From the NCBI GenBank assembly GCA_964016885.1, contig OZ024740.1, positions 398,164,001-398,228,000 on the forward strand: a stretch of DNA of 64,000 nucleotides, given 5' to 3'. Position numbers and translations under genes: made by a program. The DNA is from Eledone cirrhosa. Its lineage: Eukaryota. The notes beneath the pieces were generated by a model. That model was not told the DNA's origin and made no database searches. It was given only the letters and a program-made list of their open reading frames with translations. Of the stretch, positions 42,566 to 55,208 are shown one piece after another. Each line of letters starts with the position of its first letter. Within the stretch, counting starts at the first letter, position 1.

Positions 42566-43147
42566 TAGCAACTAACAGTGCTGCGATCGAATATGGCTTT
42601 TTAGCCCAGCCAATGATCTAAAATGTCTTGCACAGAGTCGGCAACCAAAACATTCACTGGGAATAGTCGGCTGTGGTTGGAGTTCGTGTACTTTTGCATG
42701 TCGCTTGAGCCCTCCTGCTGATTTACATTCTCTACCACATGTTTGGTAAGCATGATGAGTAGCATCTCCAACAGCAGCCTGGTAGTCAACCACTGGTCTT
42801 ACTTTATGACTGCGAAGATAGCTTTCGAGTCCAGCTTTGCTTAGGCAGAGTCTCGCACAGACGCTGCATGTCAGCACCATAGGAGGACCCTCGCCGTCTG
42901 GAAGTGCAACAGCAATGCCCTTCCTCACATCCCGCTTTACTTTCTCGTGTGCGATTCGAGATGCCTCAAAGGCAACTTTTCCCTCATATACAGTCTTTCT
43001 CCATTTATTACGATCAGCAGCAACATTTTCCCATGTATCAGCAGAGATGTTAGCGTCTTTCAGAGAGGCTTTCAAGGAATCCTTATACCTCTTTTTAGGT
43101 TTATGTGGCGGTCGTTTCCCTTTAACCAACTCTCCATAGAAGAGTTG
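42185..43147 (-). pseudogene. RTE LINE 3' fragment with three C2H2 fingers
   Basis: GKRPPHKPKKRYKDSLK, CSVCARLC, CRLCARHFRSLAGLKSH; 3' UTR split by microsatellites. Confidence 0.85.
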
Positions 43148-43244
43148 ATATATTCACACATACATACATGCATACATACATACATACATACATACATACA
43201 TACATACATACATACATACATACATACATACATACATACATACA

Positions 43245-44260
43245 TGGTGGCTGCCAACTCGTTTTCGAGTACGGCCACTACTTTATATCCATGTAGGAGA
43301 ACCCCTACCGATGCGCTGAACGAGTGTGACTTTTTAGTCCAGCCAGTGACTTGAAAACTCTGGTACAAACACTACACCTGTGACAATTATTGACACATAG
43401 TGCTGGGCCCATGGTACCTTGTAACGACAAGTGCAGAGAGATCTCCAGATATAAAGCAATGCCTGTGCCGTGAAGCTTTAATAGTGAGCAAAGGCACTGC
43501 ACAAAGCCAGTCCCACTCTCTTAACCAAGATGATATTTACCAAAAAGAAGAACAAGTCAACATCATTGGATACCATCAGAGTTGCAGGTGTTATATCAGA
43601 GTTTTCCTTCTACTAGAATTCTGCCTTGACAAAGGCTAAGGGGTCATCTCTCCCGTATATACATATACATACGCACATACATACACATATATATATACAT
43701 GGTGGCTGCCAACTCGTTTTCGAGTACAGCCACTACTTTATATCCATGTAGGAGAACCCCTACCGATGCACTAAACAAGTGTGACTTTTTAGTCCAGCCA
43801 GCGACTTGAAAACTCTGGTACAAACACTACACCTGTGACAATTATTGACACATAGTGCTGGGCCCATGGTACCATGTAACGACAAGTGCAGAGAGATCTC
43901 CAGATATAAAGCAATGCCTGTGCCGTGAAGCTTTTATAGTGAGCAAAGGCACTGCACAAAGCCAGTCCCACTCTCTTAACCAAGATGATATTTACCAAAA
44001 AGAAGAACAAGTCAACATCATTGGATACCATCAGGGTTGCAGGTGTTATATCAGCGTTTTCCTTCTCCTAGAATTCTGCCTTGACAAAGGCTAAGGGGTC
44101 ATCTCTCCCGGTGATTTTGGATGACCATTGACTCTTAAGAGCTCCTTTGCCCTTTGACAGGTTTTGTTTTTAGTCCTGCAGGATGTCCAAAGTCACCCTC
44201 CTCACCAAGAAACCTTGGTGGGGTTGCCAGTTTAGTCGCCAACGACCCAACCATGAGACA
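43245..44260 (-). mobile_element. Two more bipartite RTE-derived elements (43245-43635, 43699-44260); another at 46631-47140
   Basis: Near-identical to 6318-6928; associated with (CATA)n. Confidence 0.88.
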
Positions 44261-44274
44261 TACATACATACAAG

Positions 44275-44487
44275 GTGATGGCTGCCCCCTCGTTATCGAG
44301 TATGGCCATTGCACGAAAATATATATATATATATATCTCAGATGTGAGAAAAATCACAGACCCTCCATCTCAACTCACCTTTTGAAAAGCAGAATAACTG
44401 CGAAACCGGTAAAGGAACCAAATAAATTTATATATTTTTAAAAAAAATAAGACTCCAGTTGCATTTTCGATTTCATCTCTTTATCTT

Positions 44488-44541
<54 letters not shown>

Positions 44542-44577
44542 TAACAATAATAATAATAATAACAACAATAATAATAT

Positions 44578-44627
<50 letters not shown>

Positions 44628-45892
44628 ACGCACACACATAAACATATCCATACATACACGATAGCAACTAACAGCGCTGCGATCGAATGTGGCTTTTTAG
44701 CCCAGCCAATGATCTAAAATGTCTTGCACAGAGTCGGCAACCAAAACTTTCACTGGGAATAGTCGACTGTGGCTGGAGTTCATGTACTTTTGCATGTCGC
44801 TTGAGCCCTCCTGCTGATTTACATTCTCTACCACATGCTTGGCAAGCATGATGAGTAGCATCTCCAACAGCAGCCTGGTAGTCAACCACTGGTCTTAATT
44901 TATGACTTTCGAGTCTAGCTTTGCTTAGGCAGAGTCTCGCACAGACGATGCATGTCAGCACCATAGGAGGACCCTCGCCGCCTGGAAGTGCAACAGCAAT
45001 GCCCTTCCTCACATCCCGCTTTACTTTCTCGTGGGCGATTCGATATGCCTCAAAGGCAACTTTTCCCTCATATACAGTCTTTCTCCATTTATTACGATCA
45101 GCAGCAATATTCTCCCATGTATCAGCAGAGATGTTAGCGTCTTTCAGAGAGGCTTTCAAGGAATCCTTATACCTCTTTTTTGGTTTATGTGGCGGTCGTT
45201 TTCCTTTAACTAACTCTCCAAAAAAGAGTTGTTTTGGTATTCTAGAATCCTTCATCCTGGCAAGGTGACCACAAGAGCTTCTAGACTGTCACACAGAGCT
45301 TTCCAAAATCTCGACATCACTGATGTGGTCCCTCCAGTGAACGCCATGGATCCGTCTGAGACACATCTGATGGAAACGCTCCAATTGCTTAAGGTGGTGT
45401 CGATATGTGACCCAGGTCTCGCAGGCATAAAGAAGAGAAGAGAGCACACATGCCTTGTACACCTTCACCTTTGTCTTCTTGCATATGTCTCGCCGACCCC
45501 AGAGTCGCTTTTCTAGCTTTCCGAAAGCATCACTTGCTTTCCTAATCTTAAGTGAGATTTCACTATCAAGGTTGCTGTATCGATTGACGGTGCTTCCCAG
45601 GTAGACAAACTGATCAACCACTCCAAATCGTTTACCATACACATAGATATTTGGTTCACTGTACTGCTTACCAGGGGCAGGTTAGTACATGACGACGGTT
45701 TTCTTGAGACTAACAGTCAATCATAGGGCAGTGCAAGCGTCAGAAAATGCATTCAAAATGTGCTGCATATCATTCTCTGTGTGCGCTACAAGATCGCAAT
45801 CATCTGCATACAAGAGGTCTCTTATGATTGATGTAAATACTTTTGTCTTTGCAGCAAAGTGCCTGATGTTAAATATGCTGCCTGAGGTTCGA
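44275..45892 (-). pseudogene. RTE LINE fragment (RT to C2H2 fingers)
   Basis: [31 protein letters not shown] and zinc fingers, with stops and frameshifts. Confidence 0.88.
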
Positions 45893-45924
45893 TACATACA
45901 TACATACATACAGCAATGTAGAAG

Positions 45925-46310
45925 ACATACACATACATAATATGAAAGAGTACTGGTGAAATGTTCTAGTCAAAACTCCAATAAAATGCAAGCATAACAG
46001 ACCAGATATAATGATATGGGACAGGGAAAAGAAGGCATTCAGATGCCAATATAATATTAAAGATTAGCGAAAAGGAGAATATCTATGCAGAACTAATGAA
46101 AAATCTGCAGATACTCCACCCTGACTATACCTTTAGATTTATTTATATCTGTGACTATTGGCGCACTGGGATATGTTAGTAACTGCCTCAATACAAATCT
46201 TGAGAAGCTGGGCTTCCCAGAACCGGACATAACACGACTACTTACGAAATTACAAGTACAATCCGTTAATGGAACAGTAAAAATATGTAAAATATAAAAA
46301 ACATTCTGCA
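45925..46310 (+). pseudogene. Restriction-like endonuclease fragment of an R4-like LINE
   Basis: RPDIMIWDREKK...EKENIYAELMKNLQILHPDY...TIGALG...GTVKICK. Confidence 0.6.
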
Positions 46311-47876
46311 TATAATAACTGCATATACACATGTACAGATACAAAACATATGCATGGGCACGTATATAACTCAAAGCATTCAAATGCACACATATAATAA
46401 CATCCATACCTGCACACACTTGCACGCATGCAGATGCAGACATGCAGACATATCTACCTAGTTGATGTTGGCTAAATTCGAATGAAAGAGTCTCGTGTCT
46501 ATGTTAGAAACCGACTCTCTCTCTATTGGTAAAAATTTATAAAATTGTAAAATCATACATACATACGTACATACATACATACATAGATACATACATACAT
46601 ACATACATACATACATACATACATACATACATGGTGGCTGCCAACTCGTTTTCGAGTACGGACACTATTTTATATCCATGTAGGAGAACCCCTACCGATG
46701 CGCTGAACGAGTGTGACTTTTTAGTCCAGCCAGTGACTTGAAAACTCTGGTACAAACACTACACTTGTGACAATTTTTGACACTGCACAAAGCCAATCCC
46801 ACTCTCTTAACCAAGATGATATTTACCAAAAAGAAGAACAAGTCAACATCATTGGATACCATCAGAGTTGCAGGTGTTAAATCAGAGTTTTCCTTCTCCT
46901 AGAATTCTGCCTTGACAAAGGCTAAGGGGTCACCTCTCCTGGTGATTTTGGATGGCCATTGACTCTTAAGAGCTCCTTTGCCCTTTGACAGGTTTTGTTT
47001 TTAGTCCTGCAGAATGTCCATAGTCACCCTACTCACCAAGAAACCTTGGTGGGGTTGCCAGTTTAGTCGCCAACGACCCGACCATGGAACAGGTTTTACT
47101 GGGATACATGTTACCAGTAGCACCAACTGGTGACCTGACATACATACATTCATACATACATACATACATACATACATACATACATACATACATACATACA
47201 TACATACATACATACATACATACATACATACATACATACTTAACGGGTGGAAAAATTGTTGTGAATATTTACAGTATTATCTCTTATCTTAACATCCTGT
47301 AATGATTTAGCAGAAAATATTTAAAAAACAAATTTGTTATTTATAGTATCTTTACTAGTGGACAGATTATTGCAAACATTTGCAGTATTAAAGACTCTAG
47401 TGTTTAATAAATTAAAAAAAATATTAATTTTCACACCCCAAGCAAAGTCTACTTGGGGTTGTTGGTCACTTTCCCATGAATTCTCTTCATTCTGCTTAAC
47501 TATAACTGGTAATTGCCCTAAGAGAAAAGCAAAGTCATATCCACTGAATCAAATATTATTCATATACTTAAACCTGACTTACCAGGTACATACAACTCTA
47601 GACAAGTAAAATTAATCGCGCACATCAGAACTATATCTAAAACACTGAAACAAAACATGGAAGTTCTCTCCCATGTTTGCTCCTCTTTTGAACGTCCGTA
47701 AAAACAGTTTCGATCTTATTAGATCTCATCAGCGAAACATATTCACTTAGGCATTGGTTAGACTAGAATGGTCAGATACAAATGTAGGACAGTTGTGTTA
47801 ACTTAAGACATGAATCGCCACAGTCACATTAATCTTTTTGCCCATTTAAACAAGTATAGGAGCGAAATCAATCTTG

Positions 47877-47946
<70 letters not shown>

Positions 47947-48061
47947 CGAAGGAGTTGTGGTAAGGAACCAGATGGATCATACGCACCAGAGAACTGAATA
48001 CTTAGAGTAGTAGAGTGGGTCGAAACGGCTTGAGCTCTGCCGTCGGGGTCATACTTTTTCC

Positions 48062-48153
<92 letters not shown>

Positions 48154-49310
48154 CGTGTGTGTGTGTCTGTGCTTGTGCATTCATATGTATTTCTGTGGGC
48201 GTATGTATGCGTATTTGCCACTGCAGGCTGACAACGAAATAATTTTGGTACATACCAAGGATTCTAAAGTGCCACATATTAAAATGGAAACTGCTGTGAA
48301 ATTTGATTAAATATAGCAAAGTGTAGACATTTTATTATCTGTTTTGCCATTCTTTCCGTTCGTATATTCGTTGACATATTTACACCACAGTTTCTACATA
48401 AGAATACATCCGTATAGATAGTCGCTTTCTGTCCCATATATATATATGTATATATATACATATTGCTTTCTGATTTAGGCACAAGGCCAACAATTTTAGA
48501 GGAGGAAAAAGTCGATTAAATCGACTCCAGTACATTACTGGTACTTTATTTTATCTACCACGTAAGGATGAAAGGCAAAGCTAACCTCGGCAGAATTTTA
48601 ATTCAGAACGTAAAGAGCCATAACTATGCTACAAAGCATGTTGTCCGACGCTCTACCGCCTTTTTATATTATGTATATCTATACATAATGTAAAAGAGAG
48701 ATGTTTGTTGGTTGGTTCATTCGCATAACACACAAAAGCGAAAAATGACAATCCAAAAGTAAGGAAGGTTTATTGATGCTAATTTTATAACATCAAAGAA
48801 GAAAAAGATCACGGGTATGTTAACCAGTCTGACTGCTATTTCTAGCAGGTTGGGAACCAGCCATAAGGGATTCTGTCTGCGTGTTAGTTGATAGTGATGA
48901 TCGTGTTTCGCCGCCAGCGTCTCCGATTGGAACGCCGGTTTACACACACACGCGCACGCACATATACATACGTGCATGCACACACACACTCACACATTTA
49001 TATATAGTTATCTATATATCTATATATCTATATATATATATATATAACGAAGGAAATGTGGTAAGGAACCAGGTGGACCATAACGCACCAAAGTACTCAA
49101 TACTTGAGGTAGTAGAGTGGGTAATAGGAACCAGTAAGACCCCGACAGCTGAGCTCAAGCCGTTTCGACGGCTAATTCTGGACTAAATGAAAATTTATCC
49201 TGGTATTTAAATAGCCGATCTTCTCAAGGGGTAATTCCATATATGGTCAAAGTGATTCGGCGGAGGTCACAGATCTTATAGGATTATTCCTACTAGCCAA
49301 ACTCACTGAT

Positions 49311-50450
49311 ATGTTTCCTGCATTCGGCGGTGGATTGTACCGTGATGATGGGCTCCTTACCCTTAAAGGGTACAACCCCAGTAGTACAGATCGGGTCCGG
49401 AAACAATTAATCAGATTCTTCCGCGACTGGGGATTTAAAATAACCCTACAAACGTCCCTGACCCGAGTAAACATCCTGGACGTGACCCTCGACCTCGAAA
49501 ACGACCTGTACTACCCATACAGGAAACCTAATGACAACCTGCACTACATCCACCGCCGATCAAACCATCCTAGGAACATCACAAACAACCTGGTCAAAAA
49601 CATCTCCCTCCGCATATCCCGTTTGTCAGCTAATGAGCGGATATTCGATGAACATGCGCCTTATTACAACCAGGCCCTCAAGCGGAGTGGTTTCCGGGAG
49701 GAAATATCCTACTGTCCAGCTCCCATTAGCGGAACCAGCAGGAGACACCGCCGCTCACGCAATGTAACATGGTTCAATCCTCCCCACAACGCAGAGGTGA
49801 CAACTCCCATCGGGAAACTATTCTTTAGGCTCATTGAAAAACACTTCCCATTACAACACCGCTACCACAACATAATTAACAAAAATACCATCAAACTCTC
49901 TTACAGCACTACACCAAACTTCGCACAAAACATCGTCTCCTATAACAACAAAAAACTCAACCCCGATGGCAGAAATAACCTAAATAGCAGTGGAGAACCG
50001 ACCAGGAGGTGTAACTGCCCGGATAGATCTATTTGCCCATTCGACAATAGATGCAGAGACCGTAATGTGATCTACCAGTGCAACGTGAGGACGGATACCT
50101 CCAACAAAGCCTATATAGGACTTACCGCATGTGACTTCAAGACCCGGCTATACCAACATAGACATACCTTCCGAAACCCGGCCCGGCGTCACGCCACTAC
50201 ACTTTCGGGCCACATATGGGACCTCAAGGACAACAACATCACCTATGATCTCACTTGGAGATTACTGTCCAGAGCCAATTCTTACACGGGAGGACGCCGT
50301 CCGTGCAATTTATGCTCGGAGGAAACTTTACAAATGCTGTTTTCGACGGACCAACTCCTAAACAAGAAAGATGAACTGGTTACTGCATGTAAACATAGAT
50401 TGCGTAGGACTTACCTCTCCCTCAAACCCCATAATGACCCGGGGGGGTAG
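49311..50450 (+). CDS. PLE RT C-terminal part plus GIY-YIG endonuclease (frame open from ~49254; N-terminus missing)
   Basis: LYRDDGL, ILDVTLDL, YRKPND, WFNPP, CNC...CPFDNRC, VIYQC...YIGLT...FKTRLYQH, CNLCSEE, CKH. Confidence 0.9.
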   Translation: MFPAFGGGLYRDDGLLTLKGYNPSSTDRVRKQLIRFFRDWGFKITLQTSLTRVNILDVTLDLENDLYYPYRKPNDNLHYIHRRSNHPRNITNNLVKNISLRISRLSANERIFDEHAPYYNQALKRSGFREEISYCPAPISGTSRRHRRSRNVTWFNPPHNAEVTTPIGKLFFRLIEKHFPLQHRYHNIINKNTIKLSYSTTPNFAQNIVSYNNKKLNPDGRNNLNSSGEPTRRCNCPDRSICPFDNRCRDRNVIYQCNVRTDTSNKAYIGLTACDFKTRLYQHRHTFRNPARRHATTLSGHIWDLKDNNITYDLTWRLLSRANSYTGGRRPCNLCSEETLQMLFSTDQLLNKKDELVTACKHRLRRTYLSLKPHNDPGG

Positions 50451-51564
50451 ACTAGGGCTATAAGACCCCACTTGCCGATTTTGCAATGGGTAACCCCTGC
50501 TTGCCAAGGGAGACGTAAGATCTTCTTTTTATTCTTTTATCGCTTCCTTTATTTCCTTTCCCCCTCTCTCCTTAGTCCTTCTACTCTAGCTCTTCTCCTT
50601 TGTCGGCGTCTTTTCTCGCCCACCCGAGGCTGCCCTTTGGCACCTTGTAGCCTTAGTACCCCCACCCCCTCCCCTAGTCTATGATAGATTTGGCGGACTC
50701 CGCCCTTTATAGCAGTTGGTTTAGACCCCGGATACTTGTCCCCTTTTTCCGACCGCTCCCACTATTCTCTGTGCCCTCTATATTTCTTAGTGGCACTTAT
50801 GCCTTATTTTTTCGTTTCAGAATTTCTTTCTTCGCTTTTCTTTTGGGCGGGGTGGATTCTGAATTTATTTTTCCGTATTCTACCTTTGCCTCGTACGAAC
50901 TTTCATGTAGCTTGTTTTAGATCTTTTAGAGTTAGCATTAGTATATATTTTTCTCGGGACTCAGAATTATTATCTCGTACTAGTTCACTTTGCTGCACTG
51001 GGTGGTTGCTGGCATTGTGCCCGGGATGGAAACCTTTATTGTTTATTTCGTGGTAGTCTCTTTAGTATTTTGGCCCCTTTTGTTGACCCGTCACCGTATC
51101 ATTTACGTACTTATACCTCTTAAAAGGGTCCTTGCCTATTCCGTCCCACCTAGTTCTTTTACTTATTTCGTTATTTCTTTATTTCTTCCTTTACTTCTTT
51201 CTTTCTTTATTTATTTATTTATTCTAGCCTAACAATAGCTAGAGACCTAGGTCGTAGAATTTAATTTACTTTACTTTTTTCTTTACACTTATTTGCTTTT
51301 TTTCACTCTCAGTATTTTTTCTTTCCTATATATTTCTACCCCCAATTGTTCTACCTACCGTTCCGACTTCCTCCCCCTCCCCTCCCCTGTATCTTCTTTG
51401 ACCTCATGCCCAGCTGTAGCTGGCACTACCAACGCTTGATTGGGTCTACTCCACCCCCTCCCCTCTTTCTCCTACTGGCAGGTTTAGCCACCATCTCCCC
51501 TACTAATTTGCAACCACAGAATTACTACTGATTTTTGACAATCACTTTGACCATATATGGAATT

Positions 51565-51658
51565 ACCCCTTGAGAAGATCGGCTATTTAAATACCAGGAT
51601 AAATTTTCATTTAGTCCAGAATTAGCCGTCGAAATGGCTTGAGCTCAGCTGTCGGGGT
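51565..51658 (+). ncRNA. Type I hammerhead with U3-A8 core in PLE2 (mirror at 49139-49232, minus)
   Basis: ACCCC-TTGAGAA-GA(T)CGGCTA...TAGCCGTC-GAA-ATGGCT tgagctc AGCTGT-C-GGGGT; GUC triplet. Confidence 0.8.
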
Positions 51659-51668
51659 CTTACTGGTT

Positions 51669-51729
<61 letters not shown>

Positions 51730-51878
51730 CTTCTATCTTTCTAATTTCTCATTCTTTCTTCTGATGAAAGACTACCATCTGAAACGTTAAGGATGCTAGT
51801 CCTGCTAGTTCCTTCCATATACTCTACCGATTGTGTTGTTATTTCTGTTTACTTTTTACATACATATCTATATCTATA

Positions 51879-52798
51879 TCTACATATAATATAAAAGATT
51901 GGAACTTCCATCGTCCTTTTGAGAAACGTGAACCAACCACGTCTATGCAATGACACACGCTTAACAGTCAAGCTGAAGATGAACCATCTCTTAGAGGTTA
52001 CTATTCTTGGAGGTAATCATCAAGGAGAAAATGCATTTATTCCCAAGATTCCTCTTATCCCTTCCTCTACTGAGCTGCCATTCAAATTCTCAAGACTTCA
52101 GTTCCCTGTTAGAGCCAGTTTTGTTAAGACTACAAATAAAGCTCAGGCTCAGAGTTTCAAAGTTGTAGAATTGAATATAAGAGAATCGTTTTTTACCCAT
52201 GGACAGTAATATCTAGGTTGTTCATGAGTGGAAACACCTAGGAATCTTTATATACCTACTACCACCAAATGATATCCCTCTCTAAATCTACCACACGGCA
52301 CTCTCTCATTATCCCACTCTCTATATCTATAACCACTAGCACCCCCACCCCCTATATATCTACCGTACAACACTCTCTCCCAACACCCCTCTTTATATCT
52401 ACTACCTACAAACTCTCTCCCTCTCTATATCTACCACACGACACTCTTTCTAATCCCCCTCACTCTATTCATTACTACTAAACTCTCACTCTCCCAATAT
52501 CAACCAAACGGCACTCTCTCTTTATCTAATTTCTTCCCCTCTCTATATGTAGATTGTTCACGACTGAAAACCCCTAGAAATCTTCATATACTATGCACGA
52601 ACGGTAAATCGAAGAACCTGGTGTATCTGGAAGATATTTTACTGGATGGGGGTTTGTCTCACACACACACACACACACACATACACAACGGTCTCGCTTC
52701 ATACTGTAAACCAGACAAACATCCAACACAGTCATTTTCTCTTCTACCTGTCTTCTCTTATCATCTGTTTACCTGGGCGAAGCTCGGTACGTCAGGTA

Positions 52799-52799
<1 letters not shown>
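51879..52799 (+). mobile_element. Non-autonomous Helitron with PIF1 helicase C-terminal remnant (51919-52250)
   Basis: LRNVNQPRLCNDTRL, IPKIPL, RLQFPVR...TTNKAQ, FTHGQ; 5' TC start and 3' hairpin CCTGGGCGAAGCTCGG then CAGGTAG|T. Confidence 0.8.
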
Positions 52800-52862
<63 letters not shown>

Positions 52863-52865
52863 ATA

Positions 52866-53390
52866 CTTGGGGAGGGTCATATTGTTGTAATAATATTGCC
52901 AGAAATAATAACAGAACACACTCACTGTTTGGTTGGTTTTCGCTTCTGTATCTTTTATATCTCCACAGTTAATTTATTTGGCAATCAATGTTTATTATTG
53001 ACTGACGAACGGTTAAAAATACAGATAAATATATATATATATAGTTTAACAAAGTTCTTTCGTTGCACATTTGCAACATCATCAGTGGTTCTATTATCAT
53101 GTTGCCTCCTATTGTATTGTAATGTTTACGCCATTTTTATTTTATTTTTTTATTTATTTATTTTTGACTCCGTCTCTGCGCATGCCTTTGCGTGTGTGTA
53201 TAATGCGTGGTGTATGTGTGTTCGCGTTTGGGTGTATGTGTTTTGGTTTTTGTATTCTATCTTTGTTTACTAGTGTGTGTTTATATGTGTTTGTTGTTAT
53301 TGCACTTGTGTATATATTTATTTATTTATTTATTTATATTTCCCTTAAGTCAGTATTGTTTGTTTGGGTGTGGTTGTTGTTGTTATATAT
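52866..53390 (-). mobile_element. 3' UTR of a PLE1-related family with hammerhead at 53048-53090
   Basis: CA-CTGATGA-T-GTTGCA aatg TGCAAC-GAAAGAACTT-TG; shares GAAAGAACTT and GGGAGGGTCAT with PLE1. Confidence 0.7.
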
Positions 53391-54016
53391 ATGACCCACT
53401 CTACTACCCTAAGTATTGAGTACTCTGGTGCGTTATGGTCAACCTGGTATCTTACCACACCCTCTTTGTTCTTTGTTATATATATATATATATATAAAAC
53501 GGAAAAAATGAAACGAAATTTCATTTCCCACTCTTAGTACGGCTGTTACTTAAATATAAGTATGTATACGTACATACATATATGTATACAGACGTACAGT
53601 AGTATGTATATATATATACATACATGCACACATATATATATGTACGCATGGATTCACCGAACATTTATTATAATGCTCGGTGTGTTTGTAAACAAACATC
53701 CCGTATTAAGCCGTAGTGTCTAGCAACCATCGTTGCTCGTTTGTTCAACACTGACAAAGGAACGCTGTACTAGTTTCAAGCTTATTAGCTATCGTCAGCA
53801 ACGTATACCTCCCTGCCAGATAATTGAACGTCCGAAATATATATAGTAATAATAATAAATTTGAAGACTAAAATCCAAATAATGACGTATTATATTCGTT
53901 TTTTCCCGTTCTTTGCCAGGGAACGTTTCCACGAACCAAAGTATCGTTTTCCTGTCTTCCTCCGGTTGCAACGTTTTTTGAAATATTCACTTCTGCGTTC
54001 ACAGATTGACTTTGTT

Positions 54017-54067
54017 AGTTTCAGAAGATCCCGTTAAGGGTGAAAGCAGCGATTATTTGCTTAAACT
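54017..54067 (+). ncRNA. Hammerhead-shaped motif with A4 core (copy at 34121-34171 minus; decayed copy at ~32572-32627 minus)
   Basis: AGTTT-CAGAAGA-T CCC gttaa GGG T-GAA-AGCAG cgattat TTGCT-T-AAACT. Confidence 0.55.
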
Positions 54068-54086
54068 CTGTTATTTTAATCTGTTA

Positions 54087-54156
<70 letters not shown>

Positions 54157-54357
54157 AAAAAGTATGACCCCGACGGCAGAGCTCAAGCCGTTTCGACGGC
54201 TATTTCTGGACTGAAAAAGCCGTCCAGAAATAGCCGTCGAAACGGCTTGAGCTCTGCCGTCGGGGTCATACTTTTTCCTATTACCCACTCTACTACCCTA
54301 AGTATTCAGTACTCTGGTGCGTTATGGTCCATCTGGTTCCTTACCACATTTCCTTCG

Positions 54358-54446
<89 letters not shown>

Positions 54447-54454
<8 letters not shown>

Positions 54455-55208
54455 TGTATATATAGTGTATTTTGCAATACACTGTATGCTTAATTAAAAG
54501 CATTTCGAAAACCTTATGCTATTGTTTTAGAGTAGTGAAAGACTCACTTACTTTAATTTTCAGCAAACAGGGGAGATAAAGCTGACAGGGCCCTGTTTCG
54601 TATTTATTGATGCTTATCAAAGCCAACTACTCCTCCTGTTTGCTGAAATCATGGATGTTTGGTTCTTATAGAATTCTAGTAAATAATCAGGAACTGATTA
54701 TACAGAGCCGTTGCCGGTCAAGCAGAAATTGAAAATTAGAATTGGTGCTCTGAAATAGCTATATATATATGAATGTATATATAGTGTATTTTGCAATTAA
54801 TTGCAATGTAATTGCATACAGTGTATTGCAAAATACACTATATATACATTCATATATATATAGCTATTTCAGAGCACCAATTCTAATTTTCAATTTCTGC
54901 TTGACCGGCAACCGCTCTGTATAATCAGTTCCTGATTATTTACTAGAATTCTATAAGAACCAAACATCCGTGATTTCAGCAAACAGGGGAGTAGTTGGCT
55001 TTGATAAGCATCAATAAATGCGAAACAGGGCCCTGTCAGCTTTATCTCCCCTGTTTGCTGAAAATTAAAGTAAGTGAGTCTGTCACTACTCTAAAACAAT
55101 AGCATAAGGTCTTCGAAATGCTTTTAATTAAGCATACAGTGTATTGCAAAATACACTATATATACATTCATATATATATAGCTATTTCAGAGCACCAATT
55201 CTAATTTG
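54447..55208. mobile_element. Inverted pair of 318-nt terminally redundant HHR monomers
   Basis: 54814-54888 repeats at 55132-55207; 54447-54797 is an inverted copy with its own redundancy; no ORF. Confidence 0.85.
54974..55063 (+). ncRNA. Extended type I hammerhead with U3-A8 core (mirror core at 54580-54624, minus)
   Basis: GGCT-TTGATAA-GCAT caataa ATGC-GAA-ACAGGGCCCTGT-C-AGCT, with stem I extended by TTTCAGCAAACAGGGGA/TCCCCTGTTTGCTGAAA. Confidence 0.85.

Larger units (their letters stand above)
49045..51672 (+). mobile_element. Penelope-like retroelement 2, 5'-truncated, with inverted 5' copy of its 3' end
   Basis: 49126-49256 is the reverse complement of 51541-51672; ORF plus ~1.1 kb 3' UTR; (TA)n on both sides. 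Confidence 0.92.

Noticed and set aside
47690-47746. Minus-strand CTGATGA-GATCT aata AGATC-GAAA
   Set aside because: Good core and stem II but no U16.1/H17 or stem I; at best a relic, so not called.
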